Below, in pieces: positions 19,975 to 29,668 of a DNA stretch of 59,835 bases. The stretch's first letter is position 1; the number at the start of each line of letters is the position of its first letter. This stretch comes from Pseudomonadota bacterium. Lineage in GTDB: Bacteria > Pseudomonadota > Alphaproteobacteria > Rhodobacterales > Rhodobacteraceae. The position numbers were made by a program, and so were the translations under genes. The stretch lies in contig JBCBCR010000001.1 of assembly GCA_038530495.1 (NCBI GenBank), positions 1 through 59,835 of the forward strand, given 5' to 3'. The notes below the pieces were generated by a model. The model was not told the origin of the DNA. It saw nothing but the letters and a program-made list of their open reading frames with translations, and searched no databases.

Positions 19975-20585
19975 GCACGCTCCAACGCGAGGCGGGCAGC
20001 GAGGGCGGCAAAGATGCCGGCAAAGCTGCGCGACAGCCAGCGCATGGCGCGTTCCGACCCAAGGATCAGGCGACGTGCTTGCGCTGCGAAACACCCGTAG
20101 ATGACAAAGACGATAAAGGTCATGAGCATGAAAATCAGGCCCATGGCGACCATTTCGGTGGTGGCAGTGGCGGGGTTGCCGGATAGAAACGGCGGCAGCA
20201 GGGCCAGAAAGAAGATCGACAGCTTGGGGTTCAGGATGTTGATCAGCGCGCCACGCCGCGCAATGCGCCATCCGGCCTCGCGTGTGGTTTCGGCGCTGAC
20301 CTGCAGCGGGCCACCTTCGCGCAGGCTGCCCCACGCGAGATAAAGCAGGTAGGCCACGCCCGCGAACTTCACGATGTTAAACAGCACTGCCGAGGTGTGC
20401 AGGATCGCGGCCAGACCGAGGGCCGCGGCAAGCAGGTGCGGAACAATTCCAAAGGTGCAGCCCAGCGCCGCCCAAGTCGCCGCGCGCCACCCGCGCCCAA
20501 GCCCGAGGGCAAGCGTGTAGATGACACCGGTGCCAGGAGCGAGGACGACCACGAGCGCGGTCAACAGGAATTGCAGAGAAATCAT
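19971..20585 (-). CDS. LysE-family translocator
   Basis: APGTG, KFAGVAYLLYLAW, NILNPK; alternative TTG start at 20597. Confidence 0.9.
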   Translation of the reverse strand: MISLQFLLTALVVVLAPGTGVIYTLALGLGRGWRAATWAALGCTFGIVPHLLAAALGLAAILHTSAVLFNIVKFAGVAYLLYLAWGSLREGGPLQVSAETTREAGWRIARRGALINILNPKLSIFFLALLPPFLSGNPATATTEMVAMGLIFMLMTFIVFVIYGCFAAQARRLILGSERAMRWLSRSFAGIFAALAARLALERA

Positions 20586-20603
20586 AAGCTGGTCCAACGT
20601 GGA

Positions 20604-20638
20604 GTTTTGTACAAAACAGGGTCAGCTTTGCACAAAAC
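20604..20638 (-). repeat. 35-bp double-palindrome element B (copy 1)
   Basis: The reverse complement reads GTTTTGTGCAAAG-CTGACCCT-GTTTTGTACAAAAC. Confidence 0.75.
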
Positions 20639-20660
20639 TTCGGGTTGAACCAGTGCGCGG

Positions 20661-21233
20661 TCAGCCTTCGACCGCAGTCCGCATTTCACGCTCTTGCGTG
20701 TTTTCGCGTGGAGGACGTCCGATCACGTCCTTCAATTCATCCAGTTCGATGAAATTGTCCGCCTGACGCCGCAGATCGTCCGAGATCATCGGCGGCTGGC
20801 TGCGAATGGTCGACACGACCGACACACGCACGCCTTGGCGTTGCAGGCTTTCAACCAGCGGACGGAAATCGCCGTCGCCGGAAAAGAGCACAATGTGATC
20901 GACACGTGGTGCCAATTCCATGGCATCGACGGCCAATTCGATGTCCATATTGCCCTTCACCTTACGACGTCCCATGCTGTCGGTGTATTCCTTGGCCGGT
21001 TTGGTGACCATGGTAAAGCCGTTGTAATTCAGCCAATCGACCAGCGGGCGGATCGGAGAATACTCGTCATTTTCGAGCAGAGCAGTATAGTAGAACGCCC
21101 GCAGCAGCTTGCCTCGCCGCATGAACTCCTGCCGCAGCAGTTTGTAGTCGATGTCGAATCCAAGCGCTTTGGCTGCAGCGTAAAGGTTCGAACCGTCGAT
21201 GAAGAGCGCAAGACGCTCATCCTTGTAAAACAT
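20661..21233 (-). CDS. NYN-domain protein (LabA/DUF88)
   Basis: FIDGSNL, KGNMDIELAVD, SGDGDF, LRRQADNF. Confidence 0.93.
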   Translation of the reverse strand: MFYKDERLALFIDGSNLYAAAKALGFDIDYKLLRQEFMRRGKLLRAFYYTALLENDEYSPIRPLVDWLNYNGFTMVTKPAKEYTDSMGRRKVKGNMDIELAVDAMELAPRVDHIVLFSGDGDFRPLVESLQRQGVRVSVVSTIRSQPPMISDDLRRQADNFIELDELKDVIGRPPRENTQEREMRTAVEG

Positions 21234-21373
21234 CTAAATTGTCCTTCCGAAAATTCGGTGGCTGACCCAACATGTCCGTTAGTGAGCGGCAACGCTCGTT
21301 GTTGGGCGAGGTCGTCCGGAAAATATGTCTTTTGTAACATGCCGCAAGACGAAAGAGTGGGAGAAAATGGTTA

Positions 21374-21961
21374 ATGGTGCATCAATTCCGGTCAAATCTG
21401 CTGGTTGCCCTAGGGTCAAATTGCTCTAACGCGGGTAACTTGCCGACTGACGCGTTAAAAAAAGCGGTCAAAAAGATCGAAATGGCCGGTGGGGTGATTC
21501 GGTCCAAGAGCACTATCTACAACACACCGGCCTTCCCGGCGGGCTCTGGCCCGGACTATGCAAATGCGGTGATCGAGATCGAGGGTGGTTGGCCCGCGCG
21601 CGCTGCGATTGCCACGCTGCATGCCATCGAAGCCGAGATGGGACGGCGGCGGCAAAAGCGATGGGAGCAACGCCACATCGATCTTGATCTCCTAGCGATT
21701 GGTGACGAAATCCGGCCCGACCTGCCCACGCTGCGCAAATGGATGGATCTCGACCCGGCGTTGCAACAGGAAACTGCCCCCGGCGACCTGATCTTGCCGC
21801 ATCCCCGCTTGCACGAGCGCGCCTTTGTTCTGGTGCCGCTGGCCGAGATCGCGCCCGACTGGGTGCATCCGGTGCTGCGCAAGCCTGCGGCGCAACTGCG
21901 GGACGCGCTGCCCGCGCAAACGCTGAGCGGTGTGGTGCCCATCAAGGATGGCTGGTCTTAG
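21374..21961 (+). CDS. folK: 2-amino-4-hydroxy-6-hydroxymethyldihydropteridine pyrophosphokinase
   Basis: ALGSN, DYANAV, RHIDLDLL, PHPRLHERAFVLVPL. Confidence 0.93.
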   Translation: MVHQFRSNLLVALGSNCSNAGNLPTDALKKAVKKIEMAGGVIRSKSTIYNTPAFPAGSGPDYANAVIEIEGGWPARAAIATLHAIEAEMGRRRQKRWEQRHIDLDLLAIGDEIRPDLPTLRKWMDLDPALQQETAPGDLILPHPRLHERAFVLVPLAEIAPDWVHPVLRKPAAQLRDALPAQTLSGVVPIKDGWS

Positions 21962-21974
21962 GCCTACTCTTTCC

Positions 21975-22003
21975 TTGCTATTCGGGTGAATCGCGCCTAA
22001 ATG
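21975..22003 (+). promoter_or_regulatory. Putative sigma70 promoter of rpoZ-spoT
   Basis: TTGCTA-N17-TAAATG upstream of the AAGGAG RBS. Confidence 0.45.
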
Positions 22004-22043
22004 CAGGCTCTCAGCCCGTTTATGCTGCCTCAAGGAGTGTCCC

Positions 22044-22397
22044 ATGGCCCGTGTGACCGTCGAAGATTGTGTTGACAAGGTTCCGAACCGGTTCGAGCTG
22101 GTGATGCTGGCCGCGCATCGGGCGCGTGAGGTGTCTGCAGGCGCGCCGATCACCGTTGATCGTGACAACGACAAGAACCCCGTCGTGTCGTTGCGCGAGA
22201 TCGCCGACGAAACGCAAAGCGCGGAAGAATTGCGCGAGCGTCTGATCGAGTCGAACCAGACCCAGATCGAAGTGGACGAGGCCGAAGAGGACGCCATGGC
22301 ACTGCTCATGGGCGCCGAACAGGACAAGCCCGAAGAGGACAGCATGTCCGAAGAGATGCTTCTGCGCCAACTGATGGCCGCACAGGGGCAGGGCTGA
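22044..22397 (+). CDS. rpoZ: RNA polymerase omega subunit
   Basis: [36 protein letters not shown]. Confidence 0.98.
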   Translation: MARVTVEDCVDKVPNRFELVMLAAHRAREVSAGAPITVDRDNDKNPVVSLREIADETQSAEELRERLIESNQTQIEVDEAEEDAMALLMGAEQDKPEEDSMSEEMLLRQLMAAQGQG

Positions 22398-22422
22398 ACC
22401 GCAAACCCAAGGACGAGACGGC

Positions 22423-24561
22423 ATGATTTCAGCCGACGATCTTGTTGCCCTTGTCCGCAACTACAACCCGAAAACGAACGAAGCGCTGATCCGCGACGCC
22501 TACGTGTTTGGCCGCGAGATGCACGAGGGGCAAACGCGCCATTCGGGTGAGCCGTATTTCACGCACCCGGTCGCGGTGGCCGCGATCATGACCGAACAGC
22601 GGCTGGACGATGCCACCATCGTCACCGCCTTGCTGCACGACACGATCGAAGACACCAAGGCCAGCTATTCAATCGTGGCCGACCGTTTCGGCGACGAGAT
22701 TGCCAAGCTGGTCGACGGCGTCACGAAACTGACAAACCTGCAGCTGAGTTCGGTCGAAACGAAACAGGCCGAGAACTTTCGCAAGCTTTTCATGGCCATG
22801 TCCAAGGACATGCGCGTGATCCTCGTCAAACTGGGCGACCGTCTGCACAACATGCGCACCATCCGCGCGATGAAGCCGCACAAGCAGGCGCAAAAGGCGC
22901 GCGAGACGATGGACATTTTTGCTCCGCTGGCCGGGCGCATGGGGATGCAGTGGATGCGCGAGGAACTTGAGGATCTCGCCTTCAAGGTTCTCAACCCCGA
23001 CGCGCGCGCCTCGATCATCCGCCGGTTCATCACCATGCAACGCGAAAGCGGGGATGTGATCCAGTCGATCACAACGGACATGCGCAATGAGCTTGAGGCC
23101 GTGGGGATCGACGCGGACGTCTTCGGGCGAGCCAAAAAGCCTTATTCGATCTGGCGCAAGATGCAGCAAAAGGATCAGAGCTTTTCCCGGCTGTCCGACA
23201 TTTACGGGTTCCGCGTGATCACGACCGACGAACAGGAATGCTATGGTGCGCTGGGCGCGATCCATCAGCGCTGGCGCGCGGTGCCGGGCCGGTTCAAGGA
23301 TTACATCAGCCAGCCCAAGTCGAACGGGTACCGGTCGATCCACACCACCGTATCGGGCCGCGATGGCAAGCGGGTCGAAGTGCAGATCCGCACCCGCCAG
23401 ATGCACGACGTGGCCGAAACCGGGGTGGCGGCGCATTGGGCCTATCGCGATGGCGTGCGGGGCGAAAACCCCTTTGCTGTCGATCCGGCCAAGTGGATCG
23501 CGCAACTGACCGAACAGTTCGACGGTGACGACGATCACGATGAATTCCTCGAAGCGGTCAAGCTCGAGATGTATTCCGACCAGGTGTTCTGCTTTACGCC
23601 CAAGGGCGAAGTGGTCAAGCTGCCGCGCGGCGCGACACCCATCGACTTTGCCTATGCCATCCACACCCGGATCGGCAATTCCTGCGTCGGCGCCAAGGTG
23701 GACGGGATGCGCGTGCCGCTGTGGACCCGGGTCAAGAACGGCCAGTCGGTCGAGATCATCACCGCCGAAGCGCAAGCGCCGCAGACCACCTGGCTTGAGA
23801 TTGCAACCACGGGCAAGGCCAAGTCCGCCATCCGCCGCTCACTGCGCGAGGCGGATCGGGATCGGTTCATCACGCTGGGGCGCGAATTGGCGCGCTCGGC
23901 CTTTGCCCATGTGCGCAAGAAGGCGACGGACAAGGCGCTGGAAACGGCTGCGCGGCATTTGCGTCTCAAGGACGCCGACGAGGTGCTGGCGCGGCTCGGG
24001 TCGGCAGAGTTAACGGGCCGTGACGTGGTGCAGGCGATCTATCCCGATCTGACGCCCAAGCCCGGCAAGGTGGTGGATCAGGCCAGCGCGGTTATCGGCC
24101 TGAGCGCCAACCAGAGCTTTCAGCGGGCAAGCTGCTGTGAACCGCTGCCCGGCGAACGGATCGTCGGGATTACCTATCGCGGGCAAGGCGTGGTGGTGCA
24201 CGCCATCGATTGCGACCGGCTGGCGCAATACGAGGATCAGCTTGACCGTTGGCTCGACCTGCACTGGCAAGACGGGGCGCACCCGCCGATCTACGGTGCC
24301 ACGCTCGATCTGACTATTGGCAACGACGCGGGTGTGCTGGGACGTGTCTGCACCTTGGTCGGCGAAAGCGGGGCCAACATTTCGAACCTGGCCTTCGTGG
24401 ACCGCAAGCCGGATTTCTTTCGCCTGATGCTGCATGTCGAACTGCGCGATGCGGAACATCTGCACTCGCTTCTGGCCGCGCTAGAGGCCGAAGGCGACGT
24501 GGCCGCCATCACCCGCCACCGCCAATCCGGCACACCCGACGCCGCGCAGGCGGCGGAATAG
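22423..24561 (+). CDS. spoT: Bifunctional (p)ppGpp synthetase/hydrolase (RSH)
   Basis: HD domain (RHSGEPY, LLHDTIED), synthetase motifs RFKDYI and EVQIRT, TGS and ACT domains. Confidence 0.97.
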   Translation: MISADDLVALVRNYNPKTNEALIRDAYVFGREMHEGQTRHSGEPYFTHPVAVAAIMTEQRLDDATIVTALLHDTIEDTKASYSIVADRFGDEIAKLVDGVTKLTNLQLSSVETKQAENFRKLFMAMSKDMRVILVKLGDRLHNMRTIRAMKPHKQAQKARETMDIFAPLAGRMGMQWMREELEDLAFKVLNPDARASIIRRFITMQRESGDVIQSITTDMRNELEAVGIDADVFGRAKKPYSIWRKMQQKDQSFSRLSDIYGFRVITTDEQECYGALGAIHQRWRAVPGRFKDYISQPKSNGYRSIHTTVSGRDGKRVEVQIRTRQMHDVAETGVAAHWAYRDGVRGENPFAVDPAKWIAQLTEQFDGDDDHDEFLEAVKLEMYSDQVFCFTPKGEVVKLPRGATPIDFAYAIHTRIGNSCVGAKVDGMRVPLWTRVKNGQSVEIITAEAQAPQTTWLEIATTGKAKSAIRRSLREADRDRFITLGRELARSAFAHVRKKATDKALETAARHLRLKDADEVLARLGSAELTGRDVVQAIYPDLTPKPGKVVDQASAVIGLSANQSFQRASCCEPLPGERIVGITYRGQGVVVHAIDCDRLAQYEDQLDRWLDLHWQDGAHPPIYGATLDLTIGNDAGVLGRVCTLVGESGANISNLAFVDRKPDFFRLMLHVELRDAEHLHSLLAALEAEGDVAAITRHRQSGTPDAAQAAE

Positions 24562-24582
24562 CGCGGCGCGGGAGCAGAACAC

Positions 24583-25254
24583 TTGGTTTTCAAACGGCGC
24601 GATACGAGACCGATCTTGCAGGCGATCCGCGAGTTCGTCTGGCCGAAGGGCGGCTGGGCACGTGCCTTTGCCTATGTGCGCCACCGGGTGCGGCGGCTGC
24701 CTGACACGCCCGAACGCATTGCCCGCGGCATCTGGGCGGGTGTGTTCACGACCTTCACGCCGTTTTACGGTCTTCACTTTATCGTGGCGGCGATGCTGGC
24801 CGTGATCATGCGCGGCAATGTCTTTGCCGCGATGTTGTCGACCTTTTTCGGCAATCCTCTCACCTATATCCCGATCATCGCCACATCGATGTTCACGGGC
24901 TACTGGATGCTCGGCCTTGATCCGTCGCGTCTGCGCTTTCGTGCGCAGGATGGGATGGATGCACCCACGGTCGGCGAACGCTTTGGGGATGCGGCGGCGT
25001 CCTTGTGGCAAAACTTCAAAAAGCTGTTCACGCCCGAAACCGCCGATTGGTCCGATCTGCGGCTGTTTTATGACGAGGTGTTCTTTCCCTTTATCATAGG
25101 GGGGATTCTGCCCGGGATCATCGCGGGGACGATTTGTTACTACCTCTCCGTCCCGTTGATCCGGGCCTACCAAAAGCGGCGCAAGGGCGCGATCAAGGCC
25201 AAGATCGACGCGCTCAAGGCCAAGGCCGCCGATTTGGCCAGCAAGTCCGACTGA
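24583..25254 (+). CDS. DUF2062-family membrane protein
   Basis: RLPDTPERIARG, FFGNPLT; usual position between spoT and pdxJ. Confidence 0.85.
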   Translation: MVFKRRDTRPILQAIREFVWPKGGWARAFAYVRHRVRRLPDTPERIARGIWAGVFTTFTPFYGLHFIVAAMLAVIMRGNVFAAMLSTFFGNPLTYIPIIATSMFTGYWMLGLDPSRLRFRAQDGMDAPTVGERFGDAAASLWQNFKKLFTPETADWSDLRLFYDEVFFPFIIGGILPGIIAGTICYYLSVPLIRAYQKRRKGAIKAKIDALKAKAADLASKSD

Positions 25255-25261
25255 CCCGACT

Positions 25262-25296
25262 GTTTTGATGAAAACGGGGCCCGTTTGGTACAATTT
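25262..25296 (+). repeat. 35-bp double-palindrome element B (copy 2, degenerate)
   Basis: GTTTTGATGAAAA-CGGGGCCC-GTTTGGTACAATTT. Confidence 0.6.
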
Positions 25297-25377
25297 GCCG
25301 CCAATGTCGGCATTTCCCTGATCTGACCCGCGCGCTACATGCTCCGCCACGACGACGACGACGGAAGGAGTGCGCGC

Positions 25378-26127
25378 ATGGACCCGCTTGGACGCTTGCG
25401 CCTTGGTGTGAACATCGACCACGTGGCCACGGTGCGCAACGCGCGCGGCGGTGACACGCCGGACCCCCTGCGGGCGGCCAAGATGGCCGAAGCCGCCGGT
25501 GCGGACGGCATCACTGCGCATCTGCGCGAGGACCGCCGCCACATCTCGGATGCGGATATCGAAGGGTTGATGGATATCCTCGAAGTGCCGCTGAACTTCG
25601 AGATGGCCGCGACAGAAGAGATGCAGGGCATCGCGCTGCGTCATAAACCGCACGCGGTGTGCATCGTTCCGGAAAAGCGCGAGGAGCGCACGACCGAAGG
25701 CGGGCTTGAAGTGGCGCGCGAGGAAAACCGGCTGGCGCACTTCATCGCGCCGCTGCGCGAAGCAGGATGCCGGGTGTCCATCTTTATCGCCGCGGACAAA
25801 CGCCAGATCGACGCCGCCCATCGCATCGGTGCGCAGGTGATCGAACTGCATTCGGGCGCCTATTGCGACGCACACCACGAGGGAAATTTTCCCACGCGTG
25901 ACCGCGAGCTTGAGGCGATGCGCGAAATGTCGGCCTACGCCCACGGGCTGGGCCTTGAGGTTCATGTGGGCCACGGCCTGACCTATGAGACCGTCGCGCC
26001 GGTCGCAGCCTTTCCCGAGGTCATGGAGTTGAACATCGGGCACTTCCTGATCGGTGAGGCGATTTTCCGTGGGCTCGATCCCGCCATTCGCGAAATGCGC
26101 AGTCTGATGGACGACGCCCGCGCATGA
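25378..26127 (+). CDS. pdxJ: Pyridoxine 5'-phosphate synthase
   Basis: [40 protein letters not shown]. Confidence 0.97.
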   Translation: MDPLGRLRLGVNIDHVATVRNARGGDTPDPLRAAKMAEAAGADGITAHLREDRRHISDADIEGLMDILEVPLNFEMAATEEMQGIALRHKPHAVCIVPEKREERTTEGGLEVAREENRLAHFIAPLREAGCRVSIFIAADKRQIDAAHRIGAQVIELHSGAYCDAHHEGNFPTRDRELEAMREMSAYAHGLGLEVHVGHGLTYETVAPVAAFPEVMELNIGHFLIGEAIFRGLDPAIREMRSLMDDARA

Positions 26128-26441
26128 TCCGGCACTGCGTGTTCCTGAACCTTGCCGCAGGCGAGGCGTCGGATGCATTGACGCAGGTCATGACCGAACT
26201 GAGCGGCTTGGTCACGAAACTGGATGGCTGCAGCGGTTTTCAGTACGGACCGAACCGCGACTTTGAAGGCAAGTCGCGGGACTTTGCCTACGGCTTTGTC
26301 TTTGATGCGACGGACCGGACAGCGTTGCAGACCTATGCCGAGCATCCGACACATGTGGCACTGGGCACACGTCTTGTCGCGCTTTGTGCCGGCGGGGCGG
26401 ACGGGATCATGGTGTTTGACATCGAGACCGGGGCGCAATGA
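26124..26441 (+). CDS. Dabb (stress-responsive alpha/beta barrel) family protein
   Basis: MIRHCVF, YAEHPTH, MVFD. Confidence 0.85.
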   Translation: MIRHCVFLNLAAGEASDALTQVMTELSGLVTKLDGCSGFQYGPNRDFEGKSRDFAYGFVFDATDRTALQTYAEHPTHVALGTRLVALCAGGADGIMVFDIETGAQ

Positions 26442-27895
26442 CCGCGCAGGTCCGTTTGATTGCCCAGGTTGTGGTGGCCCTCGTGCTTGCGGCCGTGGCG
26501 CTGGTGGTGCTCGAAGGGGCGCGCAGCGGGGTGGACATCACCCATACACGCTATGGCGAGACACCGGTCACGCGGTATTCCACCACCGACGGGCCGCACG
26601 TGATCATGGCACACGGCTTTGCCGGGTCGCGCGAAATGATGCAGGGATATGCGCTGGTGCTGGCGCGGGCCGGGTATGTCGTGCACGCCTTTGATTTCGA
26701 GGGGCACGGGCGGCACCCCGAACCGATGCGCGGCGATGTGAATGCGCTGGATGGCACGACGCAACGGCTGGTTGACCAGACGCGCGCGGTCATGGAGGCC
26801 GTGGGTAAGACCGAGGCGCCCATCGCGTTGGTGGGCCATTCGATGGCCACTGACATCCTTGTTCGGGTGGCCGAAGAAGAAGCGCGGCAAGGTCCGCAGG
26901 TTCTGATTTCGGCCTTTTCGCGCGCGGTGACGGCGACCCATCCGCAGGCGGCACTGTTCGTGGCAGGCGCGTGGGAGCCGGGTTTGGCCGCCTTCGCCGT
27001 CGAGGCGGCGCAGATGGTCGAGGCCGACGCGCGTGCAGGCGACACGGTTCGAGCGGGCGAGGTCGTGCGGCGCGCGGTCGAAGCGCCGCTGGTGGAACAC
27101 GTGGCCATCCTGCAGTCGCGCGCCGCGCGGACCGAGGCGCTGGACTGGCTCAACGCCTTTTATGATCGCGACCAGACACCCCCGGTGCCGCAAACCGGGT
27201 GGGCGCTTATCGCGTTGCTCTTCGCGATCACGTTGGTGGCGCGGCCCCTGAGCCATTTGCTGCCCGCGCGGGACATGGTTCGGGTCAGGCTGCCCATGCG
27301 ACACTGGGCGCTGGTGGCGATCCTGCCCGCGGTTGTTGCGCCGCTGGTGGCCGTGAACATCCCGCTGGAAATCCTGCCGGTGCTCGTGGCCGATTACCTT
27401 GCGCTGCATCTATTCATCTTTGGCGCGCTTCAGCTTGCCCTTTTGATGTGGCTGGGTCGCCGATTGCCAAAGCCGAATGTGTTGGCCAGTGCGGTGTTGC
27501 TGGTCTGGGGCCTTGGTGCGTTTGGCGCGGCATTGCACCGGTACGGCGCGAACTTTTGGCCCAGCGATGACCGCGCGGTGATCATCGCAGCACTGGCCAT
27601 CGGAGCAGTGCCGTTCATGCTGGCCGATGGGTGGACCGCGTGGGGTGCGCCGCTGTGGCAGCGGATCGCGGGGCGGGTTCTGTTCCTTGTGTCGCTGGCC
27701 GGTGCCGTCGCTTTGGATTTCGAGGGCCTGTTCTTTCTGATCATGATTGCGCCGGTGATCCTGCTGTTCCTGATCATTTTCGGCACCATGGGGCGCGGTT
27801 TTGCCAAGCGGACGGGACCGGCCAGTTCGGGGCTGGCGCTTGGGCTCGTGCTGGCGTGGGCCTTGGGCGTGTCCTTTCCGCTGTTTGCGGGCTAG
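26438..27895 (+). CDS. Alpha/beta hydrolase with a multi-pass membrane C-terminal domain
   Basis: N-terminal TM anchor, HGFAGS, DFEGHG, GHSMA nucleophile elbow, then several TM helices. Confidence 0.85.
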   Translation: MTAQVRLIAQVVVALVLAAVALVVLEGARSGVDITHTRYGETPVTRYSTTDGPHVIMAHGFAGSREMMQGYALVLARAGYVVHAFDFEGHGRHPEPMRGDVNALDGTTQRLVDQTRAVMEAVGKTEAPIALVGHSMATDILVRVAEEEARQGPQVLISAFSRAVTATHPQAALFVAGAWEPGLAAFAVEAAQMVEADARAGDTVRAGEVVRRAVEAPLVEHVAILQSRAARTEALDWLNAFYDRDQTPPVPQTGWALIALLFAITLVARPLSHLLPARDMVRVRLPMRHWALVAILPAVVAPLVAVNIPLEILPVLVADYLALHLFIFGALQLALLMWLGRRLPKPNVLASAVLLVWGLGAFGAALHRYGANFWPSDDRAVIIAALAIGAVPFMLADGWTAWGAPLWQRIAGRVLFLVSLAGAVALDFEGLFFLIMIAPVILLFLIIFGTMGRGFAKRTGPASSGLALGLVLAWALGVSFPLFAG

Positions 27896-27923
27896 TGTGC
27901 GCTGCGTGGAAAGGGTGTTTGAC

Positions 27924-28373
27924 ATGGGGTCGTGGAAACAAAAGCTGGTGGCGGCGCTCACGGCGGTCTGGATGGCCGACGGTGCGGCGGCACAGAATTG
28001 GCCCAACCTCGATCCGCTGCTTTTTGCGACGCTGACGCAATCGGGCACGGCAGTTGCGACCTATTGGTTGCCCGATGACATCGATGCTGCGCGGGCGACA
28101 CAGGCCATCGGGATCGCCTACGAGCACATCCCCGGATCGGCGGGCAGTGCCGGTATCGCACTGGGTCATTACGTGCGGACCGGCAATATCTGGCAATTTG
28201 TGCGGCCCATTGAGGGCGTGTTCGGCCAGCAGCCGCGTGATGCGCAGTTTGGCCCCGGCTGGGCCGAGATCACGACCCTGATGCAGGGGCCAAACGATGC
28301 GCGGTGCTGTCCTACAATGCCCACGCGCTGGCGCATTGATCTGACCCGCGGGACCGGAGTGGAACGGCCATGA
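27924..28373 (+). CDS. Secreted hypothetical protein with a DxxCCP motif
   Basis: Signal peptide ending AAA-Q; [10 protein letters not shown]; ATGA overlap with acpS. Confidence 0.75.
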   Translation: MGSWKQKLVAALTAVWMADGAAAQNWPNLDPLLFATLTQSGTAVATYWLPDDIDAARATQAIGIAYEHIPGSAGSAGIALGHYVRTGNIWQFVRPIEGVFGQQPRDAQFGPGWAEITTLMQGPNDARCCPTMPTRWRIDLTRGTGVERP

Positions 28374-28780
28374 TCCTCGGCATCGGGACCGATCTGGCGA
28401 ATATCGACCGGATCGCAGGCACGCTTGAGCGGTTCGGAGACCGGTTTCGCAACCGCGTGTTCACCGATGTCGAGCAGCGCAAGGCCGAGCGGCGCGCCGA
28501 CACGCCGGGCACCTATGCCAAGCGCTGGGCGGCCAAGGAGGCGTGCTCAAAAGCGCTGGGGACCGGCCTGCGCATGGGGATCGCGTGGAAGGATATGGCG
28601 GTCAGCAACCTTGAGACCGGGCAGCCCGTGATGCACGTCACCGGCTGGGCCGCCGAACGTCTGGCCGAGATGACGCCCGAAGGCTTTGAGGCCATCATTC
28701 ACGTAACGTTGACCGACGATCACCCGTGGGCGCAGGCCTTTGTCGTGATCGAGGCGCGGCCCGCGGGACCCGCGACTTGA
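28370..28780 (+). CDS. acpS: Holo-ACP synthase
   Basis: [22 protein letters not shown]. Confidence 0.96.
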   Translation: MILGIGTDLANIDRIAGTLERFGDRFRNRVFTDVEQRKAERRADTPGTYAKRWAAKEACSKALGTGLRMGIAWKDMAVSNLETGQPVMHVTGWAAERLAEMTPEGFEAIIHVTLTDDHPWAQAFVVIEARPAGPAT

Positions 28781-28805
28781 CACCACCCCATCGCCCCCGC
28801 ATGTA
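28777..28805 (+). promoter_or_regulatory. Putative internal sigma70 promoter of lepB-rnc-era
   Basis: TTGACA-N17-CATGTA, followed by a TAAGGAG RBS. Confidence 0.45.
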
Positions 28806-28834
28806 CCCCCGAAGGTGCAGGTAAGGAGCAGGCC

Positions 28835-29668
28835 ATGGCCGCCAAGGAAAAGTCGCAGAACGGCGTTGTCGAGACGATCAAGACCATCGTCTATGCGCTG
28901 CTGATTGCGGGCGTCTTTCGCACCTTTTTCTTTCAGCCGTTCTGGATTCCGTCCGGGTCGATGAAGGAAACGTTGCTGATCGGGGATTTCCTGTTCGTCA
29001 ACAAGATGGCCTACGGCTATTCCTATGCCTCGTGTCCGTCGCTGCGGATCATCGGACTGGATGCCGATATCGTCTGTGGATTTCTGCCGCGCGACAATGA
29101 CCGCATTCTAGGCAGCCAGCCCGAGCGTGGCGATGTCGTGGTATTTCGACATCCGGTGACCGGCAATGACTATATCAAGCGTCTGATCGGTTTGCCCGGT
29201 GACACGGTTCAGATGCGTGATGGGCAGATCATCCTGAATGATACGCCGGTGCCGCAGGAGCCCGACGGCGCCTTTGTCGAAGAGTTCGCGATCCAGGGCC
29301 CGCAAGGTCAACGTCCGCGGTGCACCGGTGGTGCGGTCGGCTTTGGTGCCGACTGCCTCAAGGAACGTTCGATCGAGACGCTGCCCGAGGGCCGCACTTA
29401 TGCGGTGCTCAACATCGACGATCAGGGCACGCCAAGTGCCGACAACACCGCCGTGTTCCGGGTGCCTGAGGGGCATTTCTTTTTTATCGGGGACAACCGC
29501 GACAACTCGGCCGACAGCCGGTTGAGCCAGGTGTCGCGCGGCGTGGGCTTTGTGCCCTACGAGAACCTGATCGGGCGCGCGGACCGGGTGATCTTTTCCT
29601 CGGCCGGGCGGTCGATGCTGTTTTTCTGGACCTGGCGCGGCGACCGGTTCTTTAAGGGGATCGAGTGA
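28835..29668 (+). CDS. lepB: Signal peptidase I
   Basis: IPSGSM (catalytic Ser), YIKRLIG (Lys), GDNRDNSADSR. Confidence 0.96.
   Translation: MAAKEKSQNGVVETIKTIVYALLIAGVFRTFFFQPFWIPSGSMKETLLIGDFLFVNKMAYGYSYASCPSLRIIGLDADIVCGFLPRDNDRILGSQPERGDVVVFRHPVTGNDYIKRLIGLPGDTVQMRDGQIILNDTPVPQEPDGAFVEEFAIQGPQGQRPRCTGGAVGFGADCLKERSIETLPEGRTYAVLNIDDQGTPSADNTAVFRVPEGHFFFIGDNRDNSADSRLSQVSRGVGFVPYENLIGRADRVIFSSAGRSMLFFWTWRGDRFFKGIE

Noticed and set aside
25351-25363. (GAC)4 microsatellite upstream of pdxJ
   Set aside because: Too short to suggest phase variation; expected by chance in GC-rich DNA.
24481-26178. 565-aa minus-strand ORF
   Set aside because: Antisense shadow of DUF2062 and pdxJ.
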